Source: Mustelus asterias
Taxonomy: Eukaryota
Direction of reading: 5' to 3'
DNA length: 64,000 nucleotides
Assembly: GCF_964213995.1 (NCBI RefSeq)
Contig: NC_135809.1
Coordinates: 23,250,001 to 23,314,000, forward strand
Part shown: positions 12,769-24,702 of the stretch, in pieces
Position numbering within the stretch: position 1 is the stretch's first letter
Layout: every line of letters starts with the position of its first letter
Notes under the pieces: model-generated
Told to the model about the DNA's origin: nothing
The model's input: only the letters and a program-made list of their open reading frames with translations
Databases searched by the model: none
Position numbers and translations under genes: made by a program

Positions 12769-13153
12769 AGGTTCCTGGAGAGGACATGCCCCGAACTTCA
12801 TTGATTTAAGATTCTTGATGCAGAATTGACTCAATGTTGCCTCGATACCTTTTACCTCACTGCTGGTATTCAGCTCCCATGTCCATTACTGAACACGGTG
12901 TCAACAGCTAAGTGGTTCGCACACAACAAAACTGATTATTCGTGGGTAAGAACAGCTTGTTAACCTTGTTCTGTTGTTAATACATTCTGCTATCTTCCTT
13001 TATGTCTCTATTAACACCACCTCCAGTCCTCAACACTTCCTTCCTTTGTCTTGTGTCCTAAATATTTTTTTCCAATTTCTCCTTGCTCACGCATATCCCA
13101 GACCTACTATTTTATGGCAATTATGCTCTGCCCACTCTTAAACAATACAAAAC

Positions 13154-13645
13154 AGGGCAGCACAGTGGTTAGCACTGTTGCCTCACAGTTCCAGGGACCT
13201 GGGTTCATTTCCAGCCTTGGGTGACTATCTGTGTGGAGTTTGCACGTAGGTTAGATGGATTAGCCATGGTAAATGTGTGGGGTTACAGGGATAGAGTGGG
13301 GCAGGAGGACCTGGTTAAAATACTCTGTCAGAGAATCAGTGCAGACTCATAGGCCGAATGGCCTATTCATCCAGCAGTAAGCATCTTCAGTTGCGAGCAA
13401 TAAAAGAACTAACTTCAGAAAGTAAATCAAAGATAAAGGTTTAATCAAGAAACGTCATTACACCAACACTCAGGCCACGCCCTGAGCCACACAAGCTCCC
13501 CACAATCCCCATCTCCTTTCTATTTATACCTAGTCAGCTGACCCTCACAGCATATCACCATTGGTTACATTATAACAGATTCCAATGTTATCATTGAGTA
13601 CATGATAACATGGCCTCTTTGCACCATGGGGATTCTATGATTCTA
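13154..13645 (+). mobile_element. HE1-type V-SINE interrupted by a solo LTR
   Basis: Head gggcagcacagtggttagcactg; tail split at tggcc and resuming at 13611 as tggcctctttgcaccatggggattctatg. Confidence 0.8.
13364..13610 (-). mobile_element. Solo LTR (247 bp)
   Basis: 5-bp TSD TGGCC (13359-13363 and 13611-13615); minus strand begins TGTTATCAT, has TATAAA then ATTAAA, and ends GAATA (probably a mutated ...ACA). Confidence 0.7.
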
Positions 13646-13667
13646 AAATCTATCATAATAGATCTTC

Positions 13668-13800
13668 AAACCTGAAGTAGAGTCATACGGACTCGAAACT
13701 TTAACTCTGTTTTTTTTCTCCATAGATGCTGCCAGACCTGCTGAGTTTTTCCAGCATTTTCTGTTTTTATTTCAGATTTCCAGTATACGCAGTATTTTTG
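13668..13800 (+). mobile_element. Penelope-like element terminus (second family) with decayed hammerhead motif
   Basis: CTGAAGtA-GAGTC-atacg-GACTC-GAAA then ctccatagatgctgccagacctgctgagtttttccagc; related partial copy at ~26180-26275. Confidence 0.6.
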
Positions 13801-14094
13801 CCTTTATCATATCGTTGCCAACTCCAATCACTTTGATGATTGGGTGTAGGCTGATGGAGAAGTAACTGATCTGGTAGGAATTGTCCTACTTTTGTGTAGA
13901 CTGGATATTCCCAGGAAATTTCCACATTGATTTTTTTTATTCCAAAAATATATTTTATTCAGAGAACTTGTAAAAGTACATTTCAAATTGGAAATTACAG
14001 AAGGTGCAATAAAATTCATCTTTTCCCCATCCGGCATATTGCCCTCAGAGGAGCTTCAATACGGTTGCGATATTCTTGATATTGACATACATTC

Positions 14095-14431
14095 ATAGAA
14101 ATCATAGAAACCCTACAGTGCAGAAAGAGGCCATTTGGCCCATCGAGTCTGCACCGACCACAATCCCACCCAGGCCCTACTCCTTTATCCCTACATATTT
14201 ACCCGCTAATCCCTCTAAACTACGCATCTCAGGACACCAAGGGCAATTTTAGCATGGTCAATCAACCTAACCCGCACATCTTTGGACTGTGGGAGGAAAC
14301 CGGAGCACCCGGAGGAAACCCACGCAGACACGAGGAGAATGTGCAAACTCAACACAGACAGTGACCCGAGCCGGGAATCGAACCCAGGACCCTGGGGCTG
14401 TGAAGCAGCAGTGCTAACCACTGTGCTACCG
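14095..14431 (-). mobile_element. HE1-type V-SINE
   Basis: Full head, core and CR1 tail. Confidence 0.9.
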
Positions 14432-14979
14432 TCAATGTCAAACATGCAGTCTAAGGGACTCTACTTGGTTTCCAGCCTTTCAGTCCACTATGGCTGTATG
14501 GCCTTTGACAATGGTCTTTCCACATTTTGCTTCTGCAGTAGTTTCCCCGAAGCATTAGTGCCTCCCTTAACACGTCGTCCTGGATCGTGGAATGTGCCAG
14601 ATGTGGACAACTCCATCCACTGGAAGACCAGCAGTTTTCGGCCAGACCAAAGAGGATCTTTCACGGATTTAAATGGTCCTCCAGCACCAGTTGATATTTA
14701 TCTCAGTGTGCGTTTCTGGGAGCAGCCCGTAGAACACACGATCCTGCTTCTCGGAGCTGCTCGGAATGAACCTCGACAAAAATCACTGCATCTTTCTCTG
14801 GCCCTTCTTTGTAAATTCGGGAAGGACGTGGACAGCAGCCCTCAGGGTGGCTGTTGTGGGGGAATGTGTACAGGGTTGAAATCTGTGCTTTGCGTTTAAG
14901 ATCTAATGGGGGGCCCTTTCTCACCATCAGCCACGTTACATCTTGGTGCTTATTTGAAAGTTGTGATGATGAGGCAAGC

Positions 14980-16260
14980 AGCCAAATTACTTTTGACAGT
15001 CTGGTCAGGGAAGCATTTGACTTGTTCCAAGTTGTCGGGTAAATGCCAGTGCTGTAGTTGCATTGGAGCTGTTTAGACTGGGTTAGCAATAATTCTGCAG
15101 CATAGGTCTTCAGCATCACAACCAGGGTATTGTCAGGACTCATTGCTTTTGCTGTGTCTTGTACACTCGGCCATTTTTTTGACGCAGAGTGAATGAAATT
15201 GGCTTAAGACTGGTGTGTGTGATGGTGAGGATCTCAGAAAATGCTGTGAGCCTAAGCCTTGTCTTTTGCACTGTTCTGGGTCCTGTCACCATTGACAAAG
15301 GGACTGTTTATGGAGGTTCCTACTCATCAGTTGCTTAATTTTCCACCACCGTTCGTGATTAGATGTGGCAAGGTTGCAGTGCTTTGATTTGATCAGTTGG
15401 TTTGGGGTTGCTTGGCTCTGTCTGTGTTATGCTGCCTTTTCAGTTTAGCGTGCATGTAATCCTGTGTTTTAGCTTCACCAGGCTGCCACATGGTATCTGA
15501 TGGTACTTTTGGTATACTCTACACTTGGTTTGATAGAGAAGTAAGCTGAACCATGAGTTTACAAGTTGTTAGTGGTCTACAATCCCATTTGCTAATGGTT
15601 CACAGCAGCTAATGGGTGCCCAGTTTTCCTCTGCTAGCCCTGTTCTTAATCTTTCGCTTAGCAAGTTAGTGCCACACAACATGATGGATGGCGGCACGGT
15701 GGTTAGCACTGCTGCCTCACAGTGCCAGGGACCCGGGTTTGACTTCCAGCTTGGGTCACTGCCTGTGCGCAATCTGCACGTTCTCCCCGTGTCTGCGTGG
15801 GTTTCTTCCGGGTGCTCCGGTTTCCTCCCACAGTCCGAAAGACGCATAGATTGGGTGCATTGGCCATGCTAAATTCTCCCGAACAGGCGCCGGAGTGTGG
15901 CAACTAGGGGATTTTCACAGTAATTTAATTGCAGTGTTAATGTAAGCCTGCTTGTGACACTAATAAATAAACTTTAAAGGATGTTGTCCTTGAGATAAAA
16001 TCAGGAATTTATCTCCACAGGGACTGTATCACTGCTGCCATGACGGTCATTCATAGATGCATCTGTGACAGGCAGATTGGTGGGGTTGATGCCAGGTTGG
16101 TTACTCCCTTGCTTTGTTTCTCCAGCCATCCAGACTAGAAGCTGCGTCATTCAGGACTCGTTCAGTTGTGATACTCCTGAACCACTTTCAGTGATGGACA
16201 CTGACGTTGCATGTCCCAGAGTACATTCTGTGCCCTCCGCTCTTCCTCCAAGTGCATTCA
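14980..16260 (-). mobile_element. Degenerate CR1-group LINE ORF2 (EN to RT N-terminus), interrupted by a SINE
   Basis: Minus-strand PDNTLVVMLKTYAAEL...YSTGIYPTTW resembles the CR1 GPDxIxxxxLKxCAxEL...TGxxPxxW motif. Confidence 0.6.
15688..15977 (+). mobile_element. V-SINE, tail B
   Basis: HE1 head and core; tail ends cttgtgacactaataaataaacttt. Confidence 0.88.
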
Positions 16261-17454
16261 ACCTGGTCTTTCAACTTCCTTTTAATATAGTAACATCAAA
16301 GAAGGAGAAACATTGAATTATGTTAAACTTGCATTTTAGTATACTTTTATTACACGTTCTGCAAGTCTATCTAACCCATTTCTCAAAAATTATTTGTTTT
16401 ATTTCTCTTTTTTTCTCTCTCTCTCACTTCTATCCTTTCCTCTCGATCCATCAGATAACCCAATTTTAACACTGTCTTCGAAATGTTACAGAATCTCCAG
16501 CTTTTGCTGGAACCTGTGGTTCCCCAGTTCAGTGATGAAGCGGAGATGAAATTGCTCATTTATCGGCAGTCGGTTCATACAGGTGCAGTTTCAATGAAGG
16601 GCTGAGCTAAGTTAATATATGCACAGTTTTGGCGTGAGTCCAGATTTCAAAGTACACTTCAGACTGCAGGTGTGACTTGACAGGTTTTATTTTACAGTCT
16701 TCCCGTGTGAACTTGTCCTATAAAGGGATATTGGCTGACCTATCCCGCAGTTCATTACACGATCTCTGGTGTTGCCACACGGATCCTGGTGTGCGCACCT
16801 CAATGATCAAACCACGAAAGCTTCTCAGAACCTACTGCGTAAAATACCCTTACTTTGAACACGTTATCTGATGGGAAACAGGGCTCTGATAGCAATCAGT
16901 TTGGCAAAGTTGATGGCAGCTTGAACAAAAGCTGCTGCGGTGGTAATGTGATACAGACTGTGGTTAGTCTTTTAGCTGAATTGTATTTGATGATCTTTGG
17001 ATTGCATTCAATGCTTTAACAGACTTGGTGGTTTTTGTCTCTCTGCAACCACAAAATCTCTGCTATCTTGGTTTATGATGTCAGCTAAACAACTTAGCAC
17101 GGTTTTGTAATGCGCTTTCATTTATCATGTACTGTCAGAGTATTTGCTACTGTTCAGCAACTTGAATGCTCTCATCAAGGGCCAGTGTAGAACGCGTTTG
17201 AACCAGGCTGTTAGAGGAAGGAACTGAAGAGGGTAGGCCTAAAATGGAGGTATGTTGCTGCTCGGAATTTGGTAGACTGGAGCAAAAATGCTGTGACCAT
17301 TGCCAGATATCCACTATCTCTGCACGGACACTAACCTCATTAAGGTACTTTTATGATATTTAAACCAGGAACAGAAGTTGCTCCAGGTTATCCATTATAT
17401 TTAGTGTATATACTGGTGTATTTGCCTGTATGGTGGCTGCCATCCCAGTGTTTT

Positions 17455-17755
17455 AATTTAGTTTATATATTAGTGTCACAAGTAGACTTACATTAACACT
17501 GCAATGAAATTACTGTAAAAATCCCCTACTCGCCACACTCCAGCAGCACCTGTTTGGGTACACTGAGGGAGAATTTAGCATGGTCAATGCACCTAACCTG
17601 CACATCTTTCGGACTGTGGGAGGAAGCCGGAGCACCCGGAGCAAACCCACGCAGACATGGAGAATGTGCAGACTCTGCACAGATAGTCAACCAAGTCTGG
17701 AATTGAACCTGGGTCCCTGGTGCAGTGAGGCAGCAGTGCTAACCACTGTGGCACC
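17455..17755 (-). mobile_element. V-SINE, tail B
   Basis: Reverse complement of the tail-B SINE. Confidence 0.88.
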
Positions 17756-18204
17756 CTATGTGGTCGACATTGATGAACATTGACATGCATGTTGAAGGAA
17801 TCAGGGCTGTGTCTTGATCACTTTTTGTTAAACCGTGGTTGATTACAGTCAGTATAAATTAGCAATTATATTTACCTTTGAGCACTTTATATATTTATTT
17901 ATTTTGAAATCTAAACTGTTAGTGTCTTAACGACTGGAAACCAGGGTTGCAAACTCTGGTTGAAGGTATTCTAGGGGACTTGTCATGTGATGACCTTGAC
18001 TGCATTTCACCTGGCCGCTAGGTGTCAGTCCTTGTGACTTTACTGACCTTTATAACAGTGAGGTCCCCAGCAGTTCAGAATCTTTATCCATGGTTTTGTG
18101 TTAGCAGCAGATCTCTCGAGAACCTCAAAACCACCTGTGAGCACATGAAGAGGGGAACCAATTTCTCCATCTTTGCCCCCATTCATCAGTCTCCATCTCA
18201 TTAT

Positions 18205-18478
18205 TACGAGGGGGCATAACTATAGGGTTCGTGGTGGAAGATACAGGAAGGATATCAGAAGTAGGTTCTTTACGCAGAGAGTGGTTGGGGTGTGGAATGG
18301 ACTGCCTGCAGTGATAGTGGAGTCAGACACTTTAGGAACATTTAAGCAGTTATTGGATAGGCACATGGAGCACACCAGGATGATAGGGAGTGGGATAGCT
18401 TGATCTTGGTTTCAGATAAAGCTCGGCACAACATCGTGGGCCGAAGGGCCTGTTCTGTGCTGTACTGTTCTATGTTCA
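18205..18478 (+). mobile_element. Young CR1 3' fragment
   Basis: RGHNYRVRGGRYRKDIRSRFFTQRVVGVWNGLP; nearly identical to ~36303-36575. Confidence 0.92.
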
Positions 18479-18938
18479 TTCTTTCATCCTCACTTCCCAC
18501 CAACCCCAAAACTATAGACTTCCATGCTTTTGTAATCTATACCTCGAATGATAAAGGCAAGTTTCCCATATGCATTCTTCATCACCCTACTAACATGCCC
18601 TCCTGCCTTCAGAGATCTGTGGACAAACACGCCACGGTCCTTTGGTTCCACCGAACTTCCTAGTGTCCTGCCATTCATTGAATACTCCCTTGTCAAATTG
18701 CTCCTTCCAAAGTATATCACCTCTCACTTTTCAGCGTTAAATTCCATCTGCTGCTTATCTTCCTATTTGACTATCTTAAATATATCTTGTAGCCCAAGAT
18801 ATTCAGCCTCACTGTCAACCACCCGGTCAAATCTGTGTGCACACTTACTAATCCTATCCCCCACACATTCATCTATGCTGTTTTCATAAATGAAGAATAA
18901 TAGGGGACACAGCACAGATCCCTGTGGTACACCACTAG

Positions 18939-19287
18939 TGTGGAGATGCCGGCGTTGGACTGGGGTAAACACAGTAAGAAGTCTCACAACACCAGGTTAA
19001 AGTCCGACAGGTTTATTTGGTAGCACAAGCCACTAGCTTTCGAAGCGCTGCCCCTTCGTCAGCTGGAGTGGGAGTTCTGTTCACAAACAGGGCATATAAA
19101 GACACTAAACTCAATTTACATTATTTTTACGTTATATTTTGTAAATTGAGTTTGTGTCTTTATATGCCCTGTTTGTGAACAGAACTCCCACTTACCTGAT
19201 GAAGGGGCAGCGCTCCGAAAGCTAGTGGCTTGTGCTACCAAATAAACCTGTTGGACTTTAACCTGGTAAAGTGAGACTTCTTACTGT
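18939..19287 (-). mobile_element. Penelope-derived fold-back mini-element (copy 3, longest)
   Basis: ~150-bp inverted arms; exact 12-bp TSD GTACACCACTAG (18927-18938 and 19288-19299). Confidence 0.8.
19193..19227 (+). ncRNA. Minimal type I hammerhead ribozyme motif
   Basis: TAC-CTGATGA-A-GGGGC-agc-GCTCC-GAAA-GC-TA-GTG: stem I UAC/GUG, stem II, palindromic AGCU helix III; mirror copy on the minus strand at ~19031-19065; further cores at 8836-8867 and 26505-26539 (the last has GAAA changed to AAAA). Confidence 0.7.
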
Positions 19288-19485
19288 GTACACCACTAGA
19301 CCCTGGCTTCCAGTCACTAAAACACCCTTTTGTCTGGCTCCCTGGCTGTCACTCTGATTTATTTATTTATTAGTCACAAGTAGGCTTACATTAAACCATT
19401 AACCCATTTGTCAATGGGTTAGGGAGAAAGCCCCCATGAACGCGTCACCTTTCACCCCCACACGTTGTAGAGCATTCCAATACAG

Positions 19486-19536
19486 CAGTAGTTCCCGACC
19501 TTTTATATGTCATGACACACCGGTTGGGAACCTTTG
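19486..19536. mobile_element. 51-bp hAT/Charlie-like MITE remnant
   Basis: TIRs CAGTAGTTCCCGACC / GGTTGGGAACCTTTG; flanks CAATACAG and CAATGGAG (6/8 match) fit an 8-bp TSD. Confidence 0.55.
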
Positions 19537-19679
19537 CAATGGAGCAGAGTATCACACGCTAGCTGATTAAGGAGAATCACCACCACTGGATTTATGACTA
19601 GTTAGTAACTCCTTGCTTAATACTGTAGTTGTATTCCTGAAAAGTGCAACGTTAAATGAAACACCATTAAGCGAATCAG

Positions 19680-19988
19680 GTTTTATTTTATTTATTTCTT
19701 TATCAGTGTCATAAGCAGGCTTACATTAACACTGCAATGAAGTTACTGTGAAAATCCTCTAGTCGCCACACTCCAACGCCTGTTCGGGTACACTGAGGGA
19801 AAATTTAGCATGGCCAATGCACCTAACCAGCACGTCTTTTGGACTGTGGGTGGAAACCGGAGCACCCGGAGGAAACCCACGCAGACACAGGGAGAACGTG
19901 CAGATTCCACACAGACAGTGACCCAAGTCGGGAATCGAACCCGGGTCCTGGTGCTGTGTGGCATCAGTGTTAACCACTGTGCCACCCT
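19680..19988 (-). mobile_element. V-SINE, tail B
   Basis: Full head, core and tail B. Confidence 0.9.
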
Positions 19989-20377
19989 TGCAGCCAATGT
20001 AAAAGATGGAGTTAGGTTCTGAAAGACCATCTCATCAGAAATAAAATCACCCTGTAAGCGGAAATATTTTACATTGCTAAATTCTTATATTGGTAAATTA
20101 AATAACTTGACTTTTTCAGTCCCCGACCCTCTGCTATTTTTCTCATTAATTTCCTTCGTTGATCCATCTTCAGGGAATTGCTCCCTAAGCGACAAGCAAC
20201 TGACTCCAGTCTGCCGATGGAGAAATCATGCATTTCTCTGAATAGCTGGGAATACGAGCTGCTTTCCTGGTGCCCTAACAACAATCCCCACCTCACTTTG
20301 ATTCAATTGATCCTCGATTTATCTTCCACTTGTCTGTCGATTCAGTATGGCCCTGGTGTTTCTTTTTCCAGTTATGT

Positions 20378-21260
20378 TCAAGTGGGGATGTTCGCCGATG
20401 ATTGCACAATGTTCAGCACCATTCGTGTCTCCTCAGATACTGAAGCAGTCCATGTTCAAATGCAACAAGATCTGAACAATATTCAGGCTTGGGCTGACAA
20501 GTGGCAAGTAACATTCACGCCGCACAAATGGCAGGCAATGACCATCACCAATAAGAGACACTAACCACTGCCCCTTGACATTCAATGGTGTTACCATCAC
20601 TGAACCCCCCCAACTGTCAACATCCTTGGAGTTACCATTGACAAGCAAGTTAACTGGACTCACCACATTAACACAGTGGCTACAGGAGCAGGTCAGAGGC
20701 TAGTAATACTGTGGCGAGTAACTCACCTCCTGACTCCCCAAAGCCTGTCCACCATCTACACGACACAAGTCAGGAGTGTGATGGAATATTCCCCACTTGC
20801 CTGGATGGGTGCAGCTCCAACAACACTCAAGAAGCATGACACCATTCAGGACAAAGCTGCCCGCTTGATTGGCACCACATCTACGAACATTCAATCCCTC
20901 CACTACCTACGGTCAGTAGCAGCAGTGTGTATTATCTACAAGATGCACTGCATCAATTCACCAAAGATCTTTAGACAGCACCTTCCAAATCCACGACTCT
21001 TCCACTTGATGGACAAGGGCAGCAGATAAATGGGAAGACCACCACCTGGCAAGTTCCCCTCCAAGTCACCCACCATCCTGACTTCGGAATATATCACCAT
21101 TCCTTCACAGTTGTTGGGTCAAAATCCTGGAATTTCCTCCCTAATGACATTGTGGGTCAACCCACAGAACATTGACTGCAGCTCATAGCAAGGGCAACTA
21201 GGGATGGCAATAAATGCAGGCCAGCCAGCGACACCCACGTCCCACGAATGAATTTTTAAA
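20378..21260 (+). mobile_element. Family-B CR1-group LINE, RT C-terminal half plus 3' UTR
   Basis: VGMFADDCTMF (RT catalytic motif), WADKWQVTF, VRSVMEYSPLAW; interrupted by stops and frameshifts. Confidence 0.88.
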
Positions 21261-21261
21261 A

Positions 21262-22290
21262 ATGTTGGAGTTTTATAGAAGTTTGGCAAGGCCATGGCTA
21301 GAGCACTGTGCACAGTTCTGGTCACCACATTATAGGAAGGATGTGATTGCACTGGAGGGGGTGCAGAGGAGATTCACCAGGATGCTGCCTGGGACGGAAC
21401 ATTTAAGTTATGAAGAGAGATTAGATAGGCTATGGTTATTTACACTGGAGCAGAAAAGACAGAGCTGTGATCTGATCGAGGATAGTACTGCGGATAGTTG
21501 GGAACCTGTCTCGGGGGCAGGGAATTCATATGGTGTTCGTGGAAGTGGAAATGACTAGGGTTGGGAAGCATTTTCCGATCAGGGCCATTGTGATCTCCTG
21601 GACTCGTTTCGATCGCCTCAGGGGGTCGGAGAGGAATTTCCCAGATTTTTTTTTCCCCATATTGGCCCTGGGGTTTTTCACTCTGGGTTTTCGCCTCTCC
21701 CTGGAGATCACATGGTCAGGAATGGGGGGGTGGGGGTGAGTTAATAGGTTGTAATGAACAAAGCATCGTAGCTGTGAGGGACAGCTCGGTGGATAGGATA
21801 TTGGTATGTAGATAGGCTGGAAAATTGGGCGGGGATCCTGGATTCAGGATTCAATCCTGGACCGGGGAGCGGTGCGGGCTTGGAGGGCCGAAGGGCCTGT
21901 TCCTGTGCTGTATTGTTCTTTGTTCTTTGAGGTGTATAAGATTATGTGGGACATGGACAGAGTAGATAAGGAGCAGCTGTCCCAGTTAGCTGAAAGGTCA
22001 GTCACGAGGGGACATAGGTTCAAGGTCAGGGACAGGAGATTTAGGGGAATGTGAGGAAAAACTTTTTACCCAGAGGGTGGTGACGGTTTGGAATGTGCTA
22101 CCTGGGAGGGTGGTAGAAGCGGGTTGCCTCACATCCTTTTAAAAATTACCTGGATGAGCATTTGGCACATTATAACATTCAAGGCTGTGGGCCAAGAGTT
22201 GGTAAACGGGATTAGGTGGGAGATCAAGTGTTTCTTGAGTGTCGGTGCAGACTCGATGGGCCGAAGGGCCTCTTCTGCACTGTGATTCTA
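21262..22290 (+). mobile_element. CR1 3' fragment with a nested CR1-tailed insertion (21481-21928)
   Basis: RPWLEHCAQFWSPHYRKD...DLIE is interrupted at gag|g and resumes EVYKIM at 21929. Confidence 0.85.
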
Positions 22291-23074
22291 TTTGTTTGCA
22301 AAATGCATAAATAAAAGATAACAAAGTGGGAATGCATGGCGGAAGTGATTACAGTGGGCAGGAGCACCACATGAAATAATATTTATAGAATGGGTTGACA
22401 TTTCACATGAGTGTAAAAATCTCATACAAATTAATTTGTATGAAATGTTGCCTCAACTGTGTCAGTTCAACTAAATTGGTTTCAATCTCATTTACATTTG
22501 TTAGAGATTGTGAGTGTAAAATAGCACAGGATGAGAATTGGATTTAAACATTTTATGAACAAGGCTGTTTTTATACCAAATCACTTATTTGTTCAGGTCT
22601 ATACAAATATTTCATCAATTTTGTAAAAGACATTGACCCTGATTTTTTTGGCACAGCCACTCCGAAATCGGGGCGGGCGAGGCTCACTGAACGGCATTCC
22701 CTGTTGGCCTTGGGCGTGATCTTACCAGCCTCAGGTGGCTGTGCCGGTAAAATCAGGGCCATTTTTTGACATTGACTTGGAGCTGTTGCTGTGCATTAGT
22801 AACATAGGAAAGAGAAAAATGGTACTTTTGACCAGTATCTGTTTTTATATTTTAGTTTCCATTCTGTTAGGGATGGCTACTGGAATGCTGCCACCCCGCC
22901 CGCCACAGAATCGGAGCGGGCGAAGGGGGGGGGGGAACAATGGGAATGTCCATTCACCTCGGGTGGGAATTTCTGGTGTCTCAAAGCCGTAAAATCCCAC
23001 CTGACGTGTGTTTAAATACAATTCAGTTTAAAAGTCCCCCGAATGGGGAAGAGTACCTCAGAAGAATTCACAAA

Positions 23075-23281
23075 GGGTGGGATTTTCCAGCCCTTCCCAC
23101 TGGTGGAAACTTCCAGTCCCGCCAAAGGTGACTCCCGTCAAAACTTCCCCGGCGACAGGGCAGGCCAGCCACACACAACGCAGTAGAGATCAGCAGGGCC
23201 GGAAGATTCCGCCAATGGCGGCCAATGACGAACCACCACCACCACTGCCGGTTCCGTGGGGGTGGGGTGAAAATGCTGCCC
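23075..23281. mobile_element. GC-rich MITE-like element
   Basis: Termini GGGTGGGATTTTC...GAAAATGCTGCCC; related copies at 25550-25757, 38473-38581, 22865-23001 and 40410-41174. Confidence 0.55.
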
Positions 23282-23481
23282 AAGGTTCCTGATGCATAAT
23301 TTTTCCGATCCATTCTGAGGAAGCTGATCAGTTTAAAATCAGTCTGATTTAGGCGGCACCTTCTTATCACTGCACAAATCACTAGTGAATGACGAATAAC
23401 ATCTATTTATCACTCTGCCTGTGCAGAATTGAATTGAGTGTAAGTTGTGGAGATGCTTTCCAGCTTCTGGATATGATGTTT

Positions 23482-24200
23482 AGAACAAAGAACAGTACAG
23501 CACAGGAACAGGCCCTTCAGCCCACCGTGTCTGTGCTGACACAGATGCCTCTCTAATCTAATATTTTCTTGCCTCTATATAGTCCATATAACTCTGTTGC
23601 CTGCCCATTCATGTATCTATCCAGATGCCCCTTGAATGTTGTTATAGAATCTGCTGCTACCACCTCCTCTAGCATCGCGTTCCAGGCATTCACCACCCTC
23701 TGTGTGGAAAACTTGCCCCTTATATCTCTTTTAAACTTTCCCCCTCTCACCTTCAACTAATGCCCCCGAGTAATTGACACTTCAACCCTGGGAAAAAGAC
23801 TGACTACCCACTCTATCTAAGCCTGTCATAATTTTGCAAACCTCTCCCCTCATCCTCTGACGCACCAATGAAAAAAATCCAAGTTTGTTCAACCTTATAA
23901 CAGGAACTCTCTTTCTGATGTTCGGACTTGTAAAGTATGCAACATTCAAACACTACTGCGCAAGTGGCACAGGATAGCAGCGCCAATACATTGATCATTT
24001 CCAAACCAGGCAACATCCTGGTAAATCTCTTCTGCACCCTTTCCAACGCATCAACATCCTTCCAGTAGTGTGGCGACCAGAATTGTACACAAAATTCCAA
24101 ATGCGGCCGAACCAAAGTCTTATACCGATGCAACATAATTTTTCAATTGCTGTACTCAACGCCCCGACCGATGAAGGCCAGCATGCCATACGCCGCCTTG
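23482..24200 (-). mobile_element. CR1 3' fragment containing a locally templated ~105-bp insert
   Basis: YKTLVRPHLEFCVQFWSPHY...GLE, then foreign sequence 23895-24000, then CR1 resumes; tail near 23482. Confidence 0.88.
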
Positions 24201-24702
24201 TCGTTGTAATACATTCTAAAGCAACTGACCTAAACCTAATTCCAAAGATGAAGGAAGGCATAATTTTGCAAGTTTTGCATTGATAGAATTCTCCTTTGTA
24301 ATTTAGACAGTGGTTTTGACTTGGTTGGAGTCAGGATGAAAATTGCCACAATATTTTGATTTGCACACAGCTGTTGAAGTGTTCCTTTTCATCTTTCGTG
24401 GCCAGGGGAGTTTTAAACTTTATAACAGGAACTCTCTGATGTTCGGACGTGTAAAGTATGCAACATTCAAACACTACCGCGCAAGTGGCACAGGATAGCA
24501 GCGCCAATACATTGATCATTTTAGGAGGAAGCAGGCAGGTGGGGAGGGTTGGCTGCACAAAAATGCGTTCCGAGCAAACAGTACCGCTGTTGGCGTCAAT
24601 GCTGGCATGTTTACCGACAGCATATTTGTGATACAACAAAGCACAAAGGAATGCCTGGGCCTAAAGAGATGAGGAGCAGCATTGGTGGCAGTGATTACTT
24701 AG

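Larger units (their letters stand above)
18490..19330 (-). mobile_element. CR1 RT fragment split by a Penelope mini-element
   Basis: Minus-strand [14 protein letters not shown] and AYGKLAFIIRGIDYKS; insertion lies at the SGVP motif. Confidence 0.85.

Noticed and set aside
16455-16484. DNPILTLSSK resembles the start of a recalled human short HMGA2 isoform tail
   Set aside because: That frame does not follow from the AG in phase 0, and the similarity is too short to separate from chance
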